Shown here: piece after piece, positions 36,778 to 46,490 of the stretch
Numbering within the stretch: the stretch's first letter is position 1
Layout: every line of letters starts with the position of its first letter
NCBI GenBank assembly: GCA_041658665.1
Contig: JBAZZR010000001.1
Span: 384,576-448,575, forward strand
Length of the DNA: 64,000 nt
Reading direction: 5' to 3'
From: Patescibacteria group bacterium
GTDB taxonomy: Bacteria; Patescibacteriota; Patescibacteriia; Patescibacteriales; UBA12465
Notes under the pieces: generated by a model
The model's database searches: none
What the model was told of the DNA's origin: nothing
Seen by the model: only the letters and a program-made list of their open reading frames with translations
Position numbers and translations under genes: made by a program

Positions 36778-37182
36778 CTAACCGCCTTTTTTTTTCTGGC
36801 ACTTAATACAGAACCCAGTTTCTGGTATTGCCTTCAGGCGAGCGGCGCCTATTGTTTCTTGACAATCAGCACATTTTCCAGAAAATGTTCCTTCGAGTAT
36901 TCGAATAATAACATTCTGTAGTAGTAACATCTTCGTGTTATTATTCCCGGATCTTGACAGCAGGGGCGCTAAATTCTCGATCTGAGAATTGTCGCCGGGG
37001 TCAGTATGATAGCTTCGGCCGTCATCAGCCCCATCTTTTATAGATTCCTTAATATTCTGTGTAATATTTAAGGATTCTTTTAATTTTATTTGAGCCCCTT
37101 TAAATATATCCTCTAAATCTTCTTGGGAGAGTTCGCAAGCCGGATTTGTTGGAATTCTTGTAGTTTTTTGAACATTTTTCAT
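36778..37182 (-). CDS. DksA/TraR-family C4 zinc-finger protein
   Basis: 134 aa. C-terminal CADCQETIGAARLKAIPETGFCIKCQ (CxxC-x17-CxxC) is typical of the TraR/DksA family. Confidence 0.75.
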   Translation of the reverse strand: MKNVQKTTRIPTNPACELSQEDLEDIFKGAQIKLKESLNITQNIKESIKDGADDGRSYHTDPGDNSQIENLAPLLSRSGNNNTKMLLLQNVIIRILEGTFSGKCADCQETIGAARLKAIPETGFCIKCQKKKGG

Positions 37183-37551
37183 TATATTCCTTAGAAATAG
37201 TTTTAGAAATAGTTTGAGATTTGAAAAATAGTTTAAGAAATAAGTATTTTTTCGGTTTAATACCGAGTTTTGATTAGCTTGGTGCTTTTTTAGGCATCGC
37301 GTTCTCCTTGTTAATGTACGAAATATTGGTTTGTTATAGATTAATACAATTAAAAGTATTTGTCAAATATATAATTACAGATTTTTGTGAAAATTAAAAT
37401 TTATGTTAAACTAAAAATAAAGAAATTAATTTTTTATGTTTTATAATAATAAATTTTGGCTTAGTCTTGACAAAAATATTTTATTAGTATATTAGTTTTA
37501 TCAGTACATTTTTAATTAAATTAAATCTACTCAAAATATCGCGGAGTATTT

Positions 37552-37995
37552 ATGCACCCCTTTCATCTTTTCATTATTTTTTTATTTATTCGCTCGTTAG
37601 ATACAGTTTTGAATAAACTTTTGCAGTTTTCTTTACTTTTTGGTTTTCTGAGTTTATCCTTAAAAATAGCTAGTTTTCTCGGCCAATCTTTGTCACCCGA
37701 TGATTTATATGAGTTTTTAGAAATATCTATTATTTCTGGAAAGCTCGATAGAGCTCAGCAAGTAGCCCATTTATTAGGCAGTAAACTTGACCGGGGACAA
37801 GTAAAGTTAATACTCCAGGTTAATATTGAAGAGGGTAATCTTCAAGAAGCGCAAAGAGCTGTCGCTTTACTTAAGAGAAGCTTAAGCCGGGAAGAGCAAA
37901 AACAAATTATCGAGAATTGTGTTGATAAAAAGCGTTATTTAAACGCTTTTCAAGCATGTTCTCCGAGTTTGTTTTCGAGTAGTTATTCAATCTAG
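37552..37995 (+). CDS. Hypothetical protein
   Basis: 147-aa ORF with a hydrophobic N-terminus. The upstream sequence TTGACAAAAATATT... resembles the island promoter module. Confidence 0.4.
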   Translation: MHPFHLFIIFLFIRSLDTVLNKLLQFSLLFGFLSLSLKIASFLGQSLSPDDLYEFLEISIISGKLDRAQQVAHLLGSKLDRGQVKLILQVNIEEGNLQEAQRAVALLKRSLSREEQKQIIENCVDKKRYLNAFQACSPSLFSSSYSI

Positions 37996-38013
37996 CAAGA
38001 ACTAGACTTTGTT

Positions 38014-38045
38014 AGTTACAAATTACAGCTGATCTTTGGTCAGCT
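38014..38045 (+). terminator. Intrinsic terminator
   Basis: CAGCTGA-N7-TCAGCTG hairpin followed by CTTTTTTATT. Confidence 0.7.
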
Positions 38046-38079
38046 GCTTTTTTATTAATTTAAGAAAAACTCTGGCTAG

Positions 38080-38586
38080 TTATTCGATTTTCAAGATTTG
38101 GCACTGATAAGTTTTTTCTCCGAGCTTGACTTTAAATATTTCTTCTTTTTGTCGACCGATTAAGGCTTCGCCTAGTGGTGAGTTATGGGAAATAATTCCG
38201 GCGCTCGGGTTAGTTTCGCAGGAGCCTAAAATTTGATATGTTTTAATTTTTTCGTTGAGACTAATTGTCACACGACTACCTAATTCGACTCGGCCGTTAC
38301 GGTTCGGTCGAATTATTTCGGCATTTTTTAATAAATTTTCGGTATCTAAAATTTTCTGATTAAGACCGCGTAGGCGTCCTTTCGCTAGTTGATAACCGGC
38401 GTTTTCTGAAAAATCCCCCATGAGCGCTAATCGCTGGACCTCCGCACTTAGTTCTGGTCGTTTATTTTTTAATTTTTCTAATTTATTTTTAAGTTCTAAA
38501 TATTTATTTTCCGTTAGGTGAAAATCGATTTTAACTTGATTATTTTTTTCCGCTCTCCTAATAGGTACACGCATAAGTTTAATCAA
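38080..38586 (-). CDS. greA: Transcription elongation factor GreA
   Basis: 168 aa. GDFSENAGYQLAK coiled-coil tip motif and a C-terminal FKBP-like domain (ISHNSPLGEALIG). Confidence 0.9.
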   Translation of the reverse strand: MIKLMRVPIRRAEKNNQVKIDFHLTENKYLELKNKLEKLKNKRPELSAEVQRLALMGDFSENAGYQLAKGRLRGLNQKILDTENLLKNAEIIRPNRNGRVELGSRVTISLNEKIKTYQILGSCETNPSAGIISHNSPLGEALIGRQKEEIFKVKLGEKTYQCQILKIE

Positions 38587-38712
38587 TATATTTTTAGTGT
38601 AGATATTATAGCATTTTTTAAGTTTTTTAGTTAATTTATTAATTTTTTAGATATTGATAATTATCTGATTTAATCTTATAATAAGAGTATTAATAATTTA
38701 ATAATATTTTGT

Positions 38713-39141
38713 ATGGCGCAACTGCATAATAAGACTTGGCATCAGAAACATATTGCACAGTTATCTTTCGGCCAAAGAATCGCTGATTTTGTCGCTGAAA
38801 GCATGGGTTCCTGGACTTTTATTATCTCTCAGACTGTTTTTGTTTGTTTTTGGATAGCTTTCAATATAATTGCTTGGCTTAATCATTTTGATCCTTTTCC
38901 TTTTATTTTGTTAAATCTGCTTTTTTCTACCCAAGCCGCTTATGCCGCCCCGATTATTATGATGTCTCAGAATCGTCAAAGTGAACGTGATCGTTACCAA
39001 GCGAATGAAGATTATGAAACTAATATTAAAGCTAAAGAAGAAATTGAAGAATTACAGAAATCAATTGCCAGGATTGAAAATGAAAAACTTAGTGAAATTC
39101 TTATTTTAATTAAAAATCTTCAAAAGGATATTAAGAAATAA
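38713..39141 (+). CDS. DUF1003-family membrane protein
   Basis: 142 aa. FGQRIADFVAESMGSWTFII, two TM helices, then an SQNRQ..RD motif, as I recall for DUF1003. Confidence 0.65.
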   Translation: MAQLHNKTWHQKHIAQLSFGQRIADFVAESMGSWTFIISQTVFVCFWIAFNIIAWLNHFDPFPFILLNLLFSTQAAYAAPIIMMSQNRQSERDRYQANEDYETNIKAKEEIEELQKSIARIENEKLSEILILIKNLQKDIKK

Positions 39142-39176
39142 TTTTTTTAAAGTTTATTATTTTTTTTAGTAAATTA

Positions 39177-39209
39177 AAAGAGATTCTGAAGAATCTCTCT
39201 AATTTTTTT
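39177..39209. terminator. Bidirectional terminator
   Basis: AGAGATTC-TGAA-GAATCTCT hairpin with an A-run before it and a T-run after it. Confidence 0.7.
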
Positions 39210-39363
39210 ACTGAGGGACGTTAATTTGGGCTAGTAAGTCATGGATTAAAGTTAAAACTTTAATTAATATTTCGCTAGCTAAAGTAACCGCCTCTCCTGG
39301 TAATGCCCATTTTAATACGAGAATCAAGACGATGATTCCGATAAAACCGTTTAATGCTTTCAT
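39208..39363 (-). CDS. Possible 51-aa single-TM protein
   Basis: Sub-threshold ORF MKALNGFIGIIVLILVLKWALPGE... on the minus strand, ending at the bidirectional terminator. No clear SD. Confidence 0.3.
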   Translation of the reverse strand: MKALNGFIGIIVLILVLKWALPGEAVTLASEILIKVLTLIHDLLAQINVPQ

Positions 39364-39669
39364 ATAATGAATATATTAAACGACCCGAGTTACTAGTATC
39401 CCCGGGCCTCTTAGTTATTGATTAACTATTAAGCTCGTGGGCTAGTTTCTCGTCTAGGCCTTACTAATTTCAAAGAACATTATAATATATCAATAATCAT
39501 AATATATGTCAATAGATGTCATTTTTATTTATTTTAAAGCAAAAAGAGCTTAGCTATTTGACTATTTTTTTAAAAAGCGGTATCATTGAGGAACTTTGGT
39601 AAAATTACCTTTAATGCGTAATTTTTTTGTTTAGTTGAATATTATAAATTTTTTAAAAGATTATAAACT

Positions 39670-41454
39670 ATGGAGATTAGAAATATCGCGATTATCGCTC
39701 ATGTTGATCATGGCAAGACTACTTTAACCGATGCCCTAATGCGCCAAACGGGCATGACTAGTGACGGAGTTAGTATGGACTCTAATGATTTAGAGAAAGA
39801 GAGAGGTATTACTATCTATTCTAAAAATACCTCGGTCTTTTATCGAGATACAAAAATAAATATTGTTGATACTCCCGGCCACGCGGATTTTAGTTCAGAA
39901 GTTGAGCGAATTTTACGTTCCATTGATAGTGTTTTATTGTTAGTAGACGCGCAAGAAGGACCGATGCCCCAGACTAAGTTTGTTTTAAAGAAATCTTTAG
40001 AGCTTGGCCTTAAGCCGATTGTGGTAATTAATAAGATTGATAAACCGGCCGCCCGACCGGAAGTCGTCAGTGAAATGGTTTATGAGTTATTTTTAGATTT
40101 AGGCGCTAATGACGAGCAATTAGATTTTCCGGTCATTTACGCGGCTTCGAAGCAGGGAATTGCTAAACGGAATTTGGCCGACGAGTCAACTAACCTAGAT
40201 CCGCTTTTAGAGCTTATTTTAGAACATGTTAACCCGGCCTCTAGCCCAGAGCGAGAAACTAAACAGTTATTAATTCAGCCTTTTAATTTAGCTTATGATA
40301 ATTTTTTAGGTCGCTTAGCTATTTGTCGTATTTATGAAGGGAAAGTTAAGGCCGGTCAGGCAGTATTTATTGAAAATTTAAACGGGGAAACTAGGAGCGG
40401 CAAAATTGCTAAATTATTCACTTTCCATGGTATAGCCAGGAAAGAGGAGCCTGAAGCCACGGCCGGTGATATTATTATGATTGCTGGACTATCGGATATT
40501 TATATTGGAGAGACTATTGCCGAAGCGGCCGAACAAGCGCCGCTACCAGCCATTAAAATAGATGAACCAACTATCTCTCTTAATTTTTTAATTAATAATT
40601 CACCCTTTGCTGGTCGGGAAGGAAAATTTGTGACTAATCGTCAAATTCGGGAGCGTTTAGAAAAAGAATTAGAAGTTAACGTTGGTTTAAAGATTGATTT
40701 TTCTAATGCTAATTTTTATAAAGTTTTTGGCCGTGGTGAACTTCATATTGCTATTTTATTAGAAAATTTACGTCGAGAAGGATATGAACTCCAAGTTTCT
40801 CAACCACAGGTAATTATTAAGGAGGAAAATGGTCATAAGTTAGAGCCGTTCGAAGAGGTTACTATTGATATTCCGGAAAATATGACGGGTGTAATTATGG
40901 AGAAAGTTTCTAGCCGTAAGGGCTTACTGCGCGATTTAAAGACCCACAATAGTCAATCTCGTTTGATTTTTGAAATTCCGACGCGCGGACTTTTAGGCTA
41001 TCGCAACGAATTTATTGTCGATACGCGCGGCGAGGGTATTTTATGCACCCATTTCATTGGCTTTAAAGGATATGCCGGTACTATTGAAAGAGATAGTTTG
41101 GGCTCAATGGTCTCGATGATTGGTGGCAAGGCTCTCGCTTATTCTCTTTGGAATTTACAAAATCGCGGTGTTTTATATATTAGTCCTAATACGGAAGTTT
41201 ATGAAGGAATGGTTATCGGTAATGTTACTAAGGGTAATGACATGGCCGTTAATCCGATTAAAGGTAAACAGCTAACTAATGTTCGGGCGTCAGGGACTGA
41301 TGAGGCAATTATTTTAACGCCGCCTTGGAATATAAGTTTAGAGCGAGGTTTAAGTATTATGAATAATGATGAATATTTAGAGATTACTCCTAAAAATATC
41401 CGCTTGCGTAAACAGGGATTGACTGAGAATGAACGCGTGCGTTCTAAAAGATAA
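39670..41454 (+). CDS. typA: Translational GTPase TypA/BipA
   Basis: 594 aa. IRNIAIIAHVDHGKTTL, DTPGHADF and NKID G-motifs, with BipA-length C-terminal domains. Confidence 0.95.
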   Translation: MEIRNIAIIAHVDHGKTTLTDALMRQTGMTSDGVSMDSNDLEKERGITIYSKNTSVFYRDTKINIVDTPGHADFSSEVERILRSIDSVLLLVDAQEGPMPQTKFVLKKSLELGLKPIVVINKIDKPAARPEVVSEMVYELFLDLGANDEQLDFPVIYAASKQGIAKRNLADESTNLDPLLELILEHVNPASSPERETKQLLIQPFNLAYDNFLGRLAICRIYEGKVKAGQAVFIENLNGETRSGKIAKLFTFHGIARKEEPEATAGDIIMIAGLSDIYIGETIAEAAEQAPLPAIKIDEPTISLNFLINNSPFAGREGKFVTNRQIRERLEKELEVNVGLKIDFSNANFYKVFGRGELHIAILLENLRREGYELQVSQPQVIIKEENGHKLEPFEEVTIDIPENMTGVIMEKVSSRKGLLRDLKTHNSQSRLIFEIPTRGLLGYRNEFIVDTRGEGILCTHFIGFKGYAGTIERDSLGSMVSMIGGKALAYSLWNLQNRGVLYISPNTEVYEGMVIGNVTKGNDMAVNPIKGKQLTNVRASGTDEAIILTPPWNISLERGLSIMNNDEYLEITPKNIRLRKQGLTENERVRSKR

Positions 41455-41465
41455 AGTTAGTTGTT

Positions 41466-42434
41466 ATGTCGCGCCTTATTTTATCTTTTAAATTAATATT
41501 TCTAAGTTTAGCCATTGGCGCTAGTTATTCCTTATTTTATAGTCATCTGTTAGGTTTACAGAAAGAACCCATATCGCCAAATCCCTATTTACTGGCGGCG
41601 TCAGCCGCTTCCGATCAAGCCGCTTCGAATCAGACTCCGCCCGCGGCATCTCTCCCAACCGTCTTTAGTGATCAGTCTTTTAGTGGTAATAATGAGACTA
41701 CGACTGTCAAAAATAAGATATATAAGAGGGAAGAACCAAAATATTTTCAGGCGGATATTCCAATTCTAATGTATCATTATATCGAAGAGGCGCCCACTAG
41801 CACTAAAATGGCCGCTCTTTATTTATCGCCCTTAATTTTTGAGGAACAGCTGCAGGCGATTAAAGATAATAATTATAATACGATTTTTGTTTCCGAAGCG
41901 GCCGTGAGCTTGCGAGAAAAGAAAAAACTCCCGTCGCGCTCTTTAGCGTTAACATTCGACGACGGTTATGAAGATTTTTATGATAATGTTTTTCCTCTTT
42001 TAAAAAAATACGATATTAAAGCTACTCTTTACGTGATTGTTAATCGTCTTGAGCATCCGGGTTATATTAACGAGGCTGAACTTAAAGAAATGGTCATGAG
42101 TCGCTTTATCGAAATAGGTTCGCATACTTTTAATCATCCTGATTTAAAATTGTCGAGTAAACAAGCGGCGGAGTGGGAAATAGGAGAAAGCAAAAAAACC
42201 TTATCTAATATTATTGGACGTCCAGTTTTGACTATTGCTTATCCGTTCGGACGTTATAATTATGAAGATGTTACTATTGCTTCTTCGACTGGTTACTTGG
42301 GAGCAGTCAGCGTCGACCATGGTTTTAACCAAAGCGTTAATAATTTATATCTTTTGAAACGTTTACGTCCCGACGATCGTCGTGGCCCGGTTTTCGCTAA
42401 ATGGTTGAATAGGATTTTTACTGAACGATATTAA
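41466..42434 (+). CDS. Polysaccharide deacetylase (NodB homology domain), membrane anchored
   Basis: 322 aa. LTFDDGYEDF and GSHTFNHPDL motifs. Confidence 0.8.
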   Translation: MSRLILSFKLIFLSLAIGASYSLFYSHLLGLQKEPISPNPYLLAASAASDQAASNQTPPAASLPTVFSDQSFSGNNETTTVKNKIYKREEPKYFQADIPILMYHYIEEAPTSTKMAALYLSPLIFEEQLQAIKDNNYNTIFVSEAAVSLREKKKLPSRSLALTFDDGYEDFYDNVFPLLKKYDIKATLYVIVNRLEHPGYINEAELKEMVMSRFIEIGSHTFNHPDLKLSSKQAAEWEIGESKKTLSNIIGRPVLTIAYPFGRYNYEDVTIASSTGYLGAVSVDHGFNQSVNNLYLLKRLRPDDRRGPVFAKWLNRIFTERY

Positions 42435-42461
42435 CATAAATACTACAAAATAGGATTACAA

Positions 42462-42495
42462 AAAGGCTTTGTCTATTTCTAGATAAGGCCTTTTT
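42462..42495 (+). terminator. Intrinsic terminator
   Basis: Imperfect AGGCTTTGTCTA / TAGATAAGGCCT hairpin followed by TTTTT. Confidence 0.55.
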
Positions 42496-42540
42496 ATGTT
42501 ATAATAAGATTTATAAATATTTATTTAATTTTAAAAATTT

Positions 42541-43110
42541 ATGACAAAAAAAGTGTGGCTTATTATTATCGCTCTTATAGTGATATTAGGGGCTTGGTTT
42601 TGGACTTCTTATAATCGTCTAGTCTTAGCCAATGAAACAGTCGATAGCGCTTGGCAACAGGTCGAAACTCAATATCAGCGGCGTTTTGATCTTATTCCTA
42701 ATTTAGTGGCGGCTGTTAAGGGGGCTATGGGCCAAGAACAACAAGTTTTCGGTGATTTAGCTAAAGCGCGGGAAAATTATAGTGGAGCGCAGTCCGTGTC
42801 TGATAAGGCGACGGCGGCTGGTCAAGTAGAAGGCGCTTTCGGCCGATTACTAGCTATTATGGAAAATTACCCACAATTAAAATCAATCGATACTGTTCAA
42901 ACTTTAATGGCTCAGTTAGAGGGGACGGAAAACAGGATCAGCGTCGAGCGCAGTCGTTTTAATGATGAAGTTAAAAATTTTAATGTTGTAACTAAGAGAT
43001 TTCCTATGAATGTTTTAGCTAATCTCTACAATTTCTCTGATAAGAATTATTTTGCCGCTGTTTCCGGCGCCGCAGAAGCGCCTAAGGTTGATTTAGAGAT
43101 TAATAAATAA
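42541..43110 (+). CDS. lemA: LemA family protein
   Basis: 189 aa. N-terminal TM, then YNRLV...VDSAWQQVETQYQRRFDLIPNLV signature. Confidence 0.85.
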   Translation: MTKKVWLIIIALIVILGAWFWTSYNRLVLANETVDSAWQQVETQYQRRFDLIPNLVAAVKGAMGQEQQVFGDLAKARENYSGAQSVSDKATAAGQVEGAFGRLLAIMENYPQLKSIDTVQTLMAQLEGTENRISVERSRFNDEVKNFNVVTKRFPMNVLANLYNFSDKNYFAAVSGAAEAPKVDLEINK

Positions 43111-43137
43111 AAAGCGGTTGATCTAATTATTATTATC

Positions 43138-44046
43138 ATGTTTCGTCGCTTTTTCTTTATTTTCTGTTTTATTTTATTTTTAAGCGTCGCCGGAGTGACG
43201 CAGGCTTATTATAATCTCGGGAAGCCGGTCTCTCTAGTTAGTGACTTTGCTAATATATTAAGTGAAACAGAACGAATAAGTTTAGAGACTAAATTAGTTG
43301 GTTTTAGCGCTAGTTCGAGTAATCAGATAGCCATTGTGACCGTTAAAAGTTTGGCCGGTGATACGATTGATAATTTTGCTGTTAAGCTTTTTGCCGATTG
43401 GAAAATCGGCCAAGAAACAAAAGATAATGGTATTTTGATATTAATTGCTTCCGAGGATCGTCAGATGAGAATAGAAGTCGGTTACGGTTTAGAAGGAGCG
43501 TTGCCGGACGCTATCGCTAGTCAGATTATTAGAAATACTCTGCGTCCGGCCTTTCAAGCAGGGAATTATTATGTCGGCTTAGACGAAGCGACCAATGAAA
43601 TTATCGCCGCAACTAAAGGAGAATATCAGGCCGACGCCCCTTTGACTCAAAAATCAAAATTTCGATTTAGTTTTGAGTCAATAATTTGGTTGATTATTTT
43701 TGTTTGTTATTTATTATCAGCTCTTTGGCGCCATTTAGCTAAAAGTCAAAGCTGGTGGGAGGGCGGAGCGATTGGTCTTTTTTTAGGATTTTTAATCGCG
43801 GTTTTTTTCTTTAGAACTTTACTATTTTTTATTTCTCTCCCGCTCGTCTTAGGAATATTTGGCCTTATTATTGATTTTCTAGTGTCTCGGGTTTTGCCTA
43901 AGCCGAAGGACCCTAGCCGACGGCGTGGTGGATTTTGGTTTTTTGGTGGTCCGGGCGGCTTTGGCGGCGGATCTTCTAGTGGCGGGGGATTTGGTGGCTT
44001 TGGTGGCGGCTCTTCGGGCGGCGGGGGATCGAGCGGTTCTTGGTAA
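43138..44046 (+). CDS. TPM-domain protein (YgcG-like) with Gly-rich tail
   Basis: 302 aa. VSDFANILS...IAIVTVKSL...DNGILILIA..DRQMRIEVGYGLEG, TM helices, and a GGFGGG C-terminus. Classic pairing with lemA. Confidence 0.8.
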   Translation: MFRRFFFIFCFILFLSVAGVTQAYYNLGKPVSLVSDFANILSETERISLETKLVGFSASSSNQIAIVTVKSLAGDTIDNFAVKLFADWKIGQETKDNGILILIASEDRQMRIEVGYGLEGALPDAIASQIIRNTLRPAFQAGNYYVGLDEATNEIIAATKGEYQADAPLTQKSKFRFSFESIIWLIIFVCYLLSALWRHLAKSQSWWEGGAIGLFLGFLIAVFFFRTLLFFISLPLVLGIFGLIIDFLVSRVLPKPKDPSRRRGGFWFFGGPGGFGGGSSSGGGFGGFGGGSSGGGGSSGSW

Positions 44047-44085
44047 TATTATTTTAGCGGTGTTACTATTTTAACTTAGCTAAAT

Positions 44086-44118
44086 GAAAAAGCGCTAGAG
44101 TTAACCAGCGCTTTTTTT
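44086..44118. terminator. Bidirectional terminator
   Basis: AGCGCT-N10-AGCGCT hairpin flanked by an A-run and a T-run, between convergent genes. Confidence 0.7.
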
Positions 44119-44136
44119 GTTGTCCATTTTTTATTT

Positions 44137-45015
44137 TTAGATTTTCTTAATTACTATTTCAATCTTTTGTTGATCTTTTTGACCTCGATAATGAGCTAGA
44201 ATTAGACGTAAGGTTAATAGTATTAAACAGATAGTTAGATATAAACCTAAATAGATCCATAAATCCGCAGCTTCTTTACCGAAAAGACTATAATTAAGGT
44301 AGGCTAAGCACCCGCCATACATACTCATAAGTAGAGAGATCATAATACCGGCCAGAACGTCTGGTCCGAATTCTCTGTCATCGGAGGCTATATTAGGCAC
44401 AGCGACTGTTATGATAGCCGTAACAGCACCGACAAAAAGAAATATTATTATATCCAGAGCGAAATCGTTTCTTATGAAAGCGGCCAGCCAGCAGAGAAAA
44501 AATGAGATAAACATTCCTAGAATAGGAAAAATTAGTGAAGAGCCGATAAAAAAAGCGACTTTTTTATTTCTAATTTTTAGATTTAAATTAGAAAAAATAA
44601 AGAAAACTACCTGAATAATTATACAATAGATTAAAAAAGTAATAGTAACATCTATTTTACTAGCTTCCACTGTTCTCGTTAGTTTGGGCTGGATGACTCC
44701 GCTCGCTAGTTGGTAGTAGTTATTTTCATTTACTTTCTTAAATCCAAAAAAAGGAAGTTCTAAGGAAAATATATACCATAAATTTTCCTGACGGGTTATT
44801 GTCTCGCCTCGCGACAAGGCTATTTTTTCCGAGTCAGAAAAGGTAAATTCCGATATTTCCTTAGGTATTTTGAATTTTTTTAAGACAGTTTCGGTTTTTT
44901 GTTGAACGATTATTTCGATATCTCGCCCATTGCTTATAGCTAGAGTATCCTCCGTGGATTTAGCCATTAGCGCTGTTTGTAACATGACCATGAGAACAAA
45001 AAAGAGCTTTTTCAT
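44137..45015 (-). CDS. Exported/multi-pass membrane protein, function unknown
   Basis: Minus-strand ORF. The likely start is the MKKLFFVLMVML... signal-like N-terminus; the track start at 45027 adds 4 aa. About 6 TM helices in the C-terminal half. Confidence 0.55.
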   Translation of the reverse strand: MKKLFFVLMVMLQTALMAKSTEDTLAISNGRDIEIIVQQKTETVLKKFKIPKEISEFTFSDSEKIALSRGETITRQENLWYIFSLELPFFGFKKVNENNYYQLASGVIQPKLTRTVEASKIDVTITFLIYCIIIQVVFFIFSNLNLKIRNKKVAFFIGSSLIFPILGMFISFFLCWLAAFIRNDFALDIIIFLFVGAVTAIITVAVPNIASDDREFGPDVLAGIMISLLMSMYGGCLAYLNYSLFGKEAADLWIYLGLYLTICLILLTLRLILAHYRGQKDQQKIEIVIKKI

Positions 45016-45177
45016 CTGATACCTCAATTTGTTGATTATTTATTTGTTATAAGAACTTAGTGTTACTAATGTTATAGAAACCTAGATTTCTAATGGTTAA
45101 TTTTGCCATAGATAATAATTTTTGTAAAGCCCTGTTTTGTGCTATAATTATTAAATTAATATAGCTTATATCTGATT

Positions 45178-45648
45178 ATGCTAGACATTACTATTGTTGC
45201 TATCGGTCAGCTTAAAGAAAAATATTTTCAAGCGGCCTTTTTAGAATACGAGAAACGCTTGCGACCTTATGTGCGGTTAAAAGTAATAGAACTCTCGGCC
45301 CAACCATTTTTTAAGAATGAACAGGCTAAGGCCAAGGAGATAGAAGGGGCAAAGATTTTAAATTTTTTAGAGAAAAGAGTAAAAGGAGACAAACCGGCTA
45401 AGATTTATCTTTTAGCAGAACGCGGGCAAGATTTTAGTTCGTCGCAACTAGCGGCTTGGTTTCAAAAGAATGATCCGCTTATTTTAATTATTGGGGGCGC
45501 TTTGGGTTTTAGTGAAACGCTTTATAAGCGCTATCCTCAGATTTCTTTATCGCCCCTTACTTTCCCACACGAATTATCCCGGGTAATCTTAATTGAACAA
45601 ATATATCGCGCTACGACTATCTTAAGTAATAAAGCTTATCATTATTAA
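45178..45648 (+). CDS. rlmH: 23S rRNA (pseudouridine1915-N3)-methyltransferase RlmH
   Basis: 156 aa with a SPOUT fold. IVAIGQLKEKYF..A..EYEKRL and a C-terminal LSLSPLTFPHEL.RVILIEQIYRA. Confidence 0.9.
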   Translation: MLDITIVAIGQLKEKYFQAAFLEYEKRLRPYVRLKVIELSAQPFFKNEQAKAKEIEGAKILNFLEKRVKGDKPAKIYLLAERGQDFSSSQLAAWFQKNDPLILIIGGALGFSETLYKRYPQISLSPLTFPHELSRVILIEQIYRATTILSNKAYHY

Positions 45649-45654
45649 GACTAT

Positions 45655-46410
45655 ATGTCCTCTATTCAAAAATTAAAAAGGGAATTGACTAGTCTGGCTA
45701 ATAAGCCTCAGGCGGCTATTTTACAACGATTCTTTAAGACTGGTCCGGGTCAATATGGCGCCGGAGATCGATTTCTAGGCTTAAAAGTGCCCCTACAACG
45801 CCAAATCGCCCAGAAATATGGGGATTTGGACTGGAAGGGTCTTCAAGAGCTTTTAGCTAGTAAAATTCATGAATTCCGTTTAGTCGCTTTGCTAATATTA
45901 GTAGCGCAATATGAAAGAGCGCAAGATTTAAAAGATAAAAAGAATATTGTTGATTTCTATTTAAGTAATGTTAAGGGAATTAATAATTGGGATTTAGTCG
46001 ATTTGTCGGTTTATAAAATTTTAGGGGATTTTCTCTCTCGTCAAGAAGATTTTTTAGTTAAAGGGGCAAATGTTTTGTCGCTGGAAGTTAAACAGCTTTT
46101 AGATAAGTTAGCGGAATCCACTAATCTTTGGGAAAGACGGATGTCTATTGTTGCGACTTATGCTTTTATTAAAGCCGGCAGATCCGAAGAAACTTTTCGT
46201 CTAGCTGGTAAATTATTAAAAGATGAGCATGATTTAATTCATAAAGCCGTCGGTTGGATGTTACGCGAGGCAGGAAAGCGGGTTAGCGAGAAGGAGCTCT
46301 TGAATTTTTTAGATAAAAATTATTTAAAAATGCCAAAAACCGCTCTTCGGTACGCCGTTGAAAGATTGCGTCCGGCGCAAAGGGAGCGTTATTTAGTTAA
46401 TCAGAACTAG
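45655..46410 (+). CDS. DNA alkylation repair protein (AlkD-like HEAT repeat)
   Basis: 251 aa. LQRFFKTGPGQYGAGDRFLGLKVP and ..NWDLVD.. motifs. Confidence 0.8.
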   Translation: MSSIQKLKRELTSLANKPQAAILQRFFKTGPGQYGAGDRFLGLKVPLQRQIAQKYGDLDWKGLQELLASKIHEFRLVALLILVAQYERAQDLKDKKNIVDFYLSNVKGINNWDLVDLSVYKILGDFLSRQEDFLVKGANVLSLEVKQLLDKLAESTNLWERRMSIVATYAFIKAGRSEETFRLAGKLLKDEHDLIHKAVGWMLREAGKRVSEKELLNFLDKNYLKMPKTALRYAVERLRPAQRERYLVNQN

Positions 46411-46490
46411 TTTCTGCTGATAGTGATTTTTATTGTGGTTTTTGTTTAAAGTGTTATAATGTTAAATATTAAAATTTGATTTATATTTAT

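Noticed and set aside
36727-36921. 64-aa + strand ORF overlapping the DksA/TraR-like gene. Also same-strand out-of-frame ORFs at 22229-22441, 22757-22948, 44411-44614 and 58904-59092.
   Set aside because: They overlap genes with clear family signatures, or span terminators and junction repeats. There is no RBS and no coding-like composition.
37191-37241. Short tandem repeats checked as a possible CRISPR array, along with the other repeats in the window.
   Set aside because: Only three adjacent units of about 12 nt, with no spacers of CRISPR size. No CRISPR array or cas gene is visible anywhere in the window.
39364-39669. 300-nt intergenic region upstream of typA with an imperfect hairpin (CCCGAG...CTCGTGGG). 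Considered as an ncRNA.
   Set aside because: The pairing is weak and bulged and the rest is AT-rich promoter-like sequence. The evidence is insufficient.
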